Assembly: GCA_029953675.1 (NCBI GenBank)
Contig: JAMWBK010000003.1
Coordinates: 2,480,001 to 2,544,000 of the forward strand
DNA: 64,000 bases
Reading direction: 5' to 3'
Origin: Rhodosorus marinus CCMP1338
Taxonomy: Eukaryota; Plantae; Rhodophyta
Shown here: positions 61,424-64,000 of the stretch, piece by piece
Position numbering within the stretch: the stretch's first letter is position 1
How the letters are laid out: each line of letters begins with the position of its first letter
Position numbers and translations under genes: made by a program
Notes under the pieces: model-generated
The model's database searches: none
The model's input: the letters and a program-made list of their open reading frames with translations, nothing else
Told to the model about the DNA's origin: nothing

Positions 61424-62802
61424 TTAAGATGTGGGTTCCCACACTCCTGCTCGCTTGCTGTTGATCTTTGGTACATTCCGGCCGGAAGCTGGGAAACTAC
61501 TGTGGGAGGCCAGACAGAGTGAAAATTCGTCACATTGGGTCTTTATAGCTCCTCGAAACCACGATTCGTCTCTTACCTTGTGTCGTAGTGTTCCGTATAT
61601 AACGATTGCCCCTTTCTCTCCGATGCTGGATAGTCTGCTGAAGAAAAGTGACCAGACTTGGATTGGACGGGGCTGTTTTCGCGTCGAGCTCTGCGTAAGG
61701 AACGGATGGTGGTAGGTCGGCCTTTGCAAGCTTCCTTTGGTCCCTGGTCGCAAGATCCCTCTTCATTCCTACAAACAGCATAGGAATCGTAACCGAACGA
61801 CACATGGCTCTCTCCTGAGCTTTTTCGGCCAGGTCATCACCCAAAAACTCACGCACGTATCTGACCGACGAGAGAGAAGGGCATCAGTTGAGAAGGTGCT
61901 ACAGATTCCGTCGATACCAGGTTGTGGGTTGGATACTAGCGTACTGCATAATCAGTTCAACTAGCCTGTCTCCCAAGCGAATAAGCAGCAGTGAGCACTG
62001 TCTCAGCTCTCCTCTTCGAATCGCAGAGAACAGCTCCCTAACCTCATCGGCATCCGACGCGGGGTTGAAGAACTCCTCGAGACTACCAAGAGGATCAGAG
62101 AAAACGTGGGGCGGATTGTGACAGTCAGAGGCGTACAGGAAAGAGGGCAACTAGGACTGTGGGAGGTGCTTCGTCTTTACCTCTGGCCTTCAGCGTCACT
62201 GTCAAGGCATCGGACGACTTCCGGAAGCCATAAGCGTCTGATTGACGCTCGGGAAGGCACCCAAGTTAAGTCGTGTACAAACACAACGCCATCAGCTTCT
62301 AGCCGACGAAGGAATACCAGCCTACTATCTTCAAATTTAGCAGAGCCCCCTACATCACAGAATTCTACCAAGATCGAAGAATTTTGATCCAGCTGATGTT
62401 TCCGAACGTGGATCCTACATCCCACTGTCCACCCGCTGCTTCCCCAGGAGACAGAAATTGGCAGAAAGCGATGAACAGAAGAAACATCGACGCATCGCTC
62501 AGGAACCCATAAAAGGCATTCTCTCAGGGAAAACAAAAAGCATCCAGATCTTACCCCTCGTTCGAGACCTCATCCGCCTTACTCCCTCGCCTACACAATG
62601 ACTTGCACAAGGCTGTCTTACCAACGCCAGTATCTCCGAACACGAAAATTCTGAATTTTTTTCCACACAGCAGACAACACAACAAAAGAACAACACAAAT
62701 AAACGACGATCAGTATCGGATCTAACTCAGCTCTGGGGTTACGTTAAGAGTACCAAAAGACCTTCTCCGTCCTTACCTGACCCTTGGGAGCTCTTCAGAC
62801 AT
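61424..62802 (-). CDS. RABL3/LIP1-like small GTPase, about 288 aa; exons 62802-62777, 62650-62555, 62438-62181, 62082-61945, 61860-61577, 61488-61424
   Basis: RVRIFVFGDTGVGKT; WTVGC; ILVEFCDVGGS; GVVFVHDLT; PMLFVGMKRD. DVGG at G3 and VHDLT are typical of RABL3. All splice phases are consistent. Confidence 0.85.
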
Positions 62803-63259
62803 AACCAGCCACCCTCCCGAAGGAGAAGAAAAGAAAACAGATACAAAACCAATACCGAGCAAACTACAACAAAAAAAACTGAAGAGACCATTCACCAATT
62901 GCCCTCAACAGGAAAGGAAGTATTTCACTCCCACGTCTTCATCACGCCGAAACTAGTAAACACCACTGTTGAGTAGGAAGACCCACATCATCGTTAAATC
63001 ATCATGCGTTTATTCAGAGCCTAACTAGTTGAGATGCAAGACTCAAAGACGCTGATGACGCACGTCCAAAAATAAACCAGCGTTTGAACGACAGAGAGTC
63101 ATTAGACATCTCCGTGAAGACCCTGTCATAACACCCTGAGTCGCTCTGAAAGAGAGCACGAAGCCAAAGCACTCGATGTGAATGGATCAATCCGATATGA
63201 CAATGCCGAGTCACACGAAGCGTACGGTGTAACATTGTCTCATCGTGCTGGGATTGTTT

Positions 63260-63799
63260 TCATTGCCGCGTTGGCCGAGCTGCAGCTGCACGGCGCCGAG
63301 TGGACACAGGAAGGTACCTGGTCGCCAGAGGGCAAGGAATAGAAAGGTCGTTCAACTCACTTCGACGTGCACTCAGATGAATGCAACCTTTCATCCACTT
63401 GTCCTCAGTGTGCCTGAAGTGGATAAACCAACGCACCATATAACTTAAAAAGCCGTCACTGAAAAGAGTATCTGGTCTGGAACACGAGGTCCTCTGAAAA
63501 CGTTGGCAAGCCTCTGTGTCTAGGACACGACCTTCGAGTCGTTCTTGCCATCTAAGCAGCCCCACATCGCAGGGACAGCACAAGGAGGTACACTGGCTCG
63601 GCAAGTGTGGTTCAGTGCTGTGGACAGAGCCCTTTTTTGGTTTTGGGAACATCTTGTTTAGAGAGCAGCTGATCTCGAGCACAAAAAACCTTTGGAAACG
63701 TTTGGCAAACCTTAACGTCCCAGGACGAACTGAAAACCAGCTACCAACCGCGTCCTCTGGTTCCTCCGAGCTGCACTCGCAAAGCAGGGAGGATGTCAA
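63260..63799 (-). other. Possible coding exon(s) of an unresolved gene near the window end
   Basis: A 179-codon open frame without a recognisable domain; an overlapping 103-codon + strand ORF competes with it, and I could not build a consistent exon model. Confidence 0.2.
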
Positions 63800-64000
63800 T
63801 ACTATTTACATAGAGCGGCATGCCTAGTCTCAGGGTTGCGCGTGTGGGTGAGGTTCCAGGATTCGCAAGCTCAATTTTTGTTGCTCTTTATACACGAGAG
63901 AGCCCGGCGCCGACGAGAGCAATATTCATCTCTATCTGTTCGGTCATACATGAAGAATCACGAGCCTAGCTCCGGAACTGCTGGGTTTTTGTGGATGCGT

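Noticed and set aside
43513-62802. Functional gene cluster (cyclin, E2F-DEL, TAF7, kinase, egtB)
   Set aside because: The genes have unrelated functions and mixed orientation; no ergothioneine partner gene lies next to egtB, so there is no evidence of a pathway cluster.

Overview
Eukaryotic nuclear DNA with short (about 55-145 nt, one 278 nt) spliceosomal introns. A red alga is the most likely source; this is inferred from the compact genes, the C2H2 'FKWRSSL' finger family and a PH-CAMK kinase, not from a database match. Bases 1 to about 42 kb hold many heavily decayed LTR-retrotransposon fragments (mostly Ty3/gypsy pol, one copia-like gag/integrase) around five intact genes: three intronless C2H2 zinc-finger genes, a vasculin/GPBP1-like gene and a double-PHD gene. 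From about 43 to 63 kb the window is gene-dense: P/U-type cyclin, a stand-alone EgtB/Egt1-like sulfoxide synthase, PH-CAMK kinase, TAF7, Sey1/RHD3, atypical E2F (DEL type) and RABL3/LIP1-like GTPase. I built exon models by hand and checked their reading frames. The best leads are the stand-alone fungal-Egt1-type ergothioneine enzyme, a Sey1/RHD3 gene that appears to use a 7-nt micro-exon and has only one C-terminal membrane helix, a perfect 30-bp hairpin, a MITE-like inverted repeat, and a young 12-bp minisatellite inside a dead RT. I found no rRNA, intact tRNA or CRISPR array, and no clearly new multi-gene system. Retroelement calls rest on degenerate motif matches made by eye, so their boundaries are approximate.
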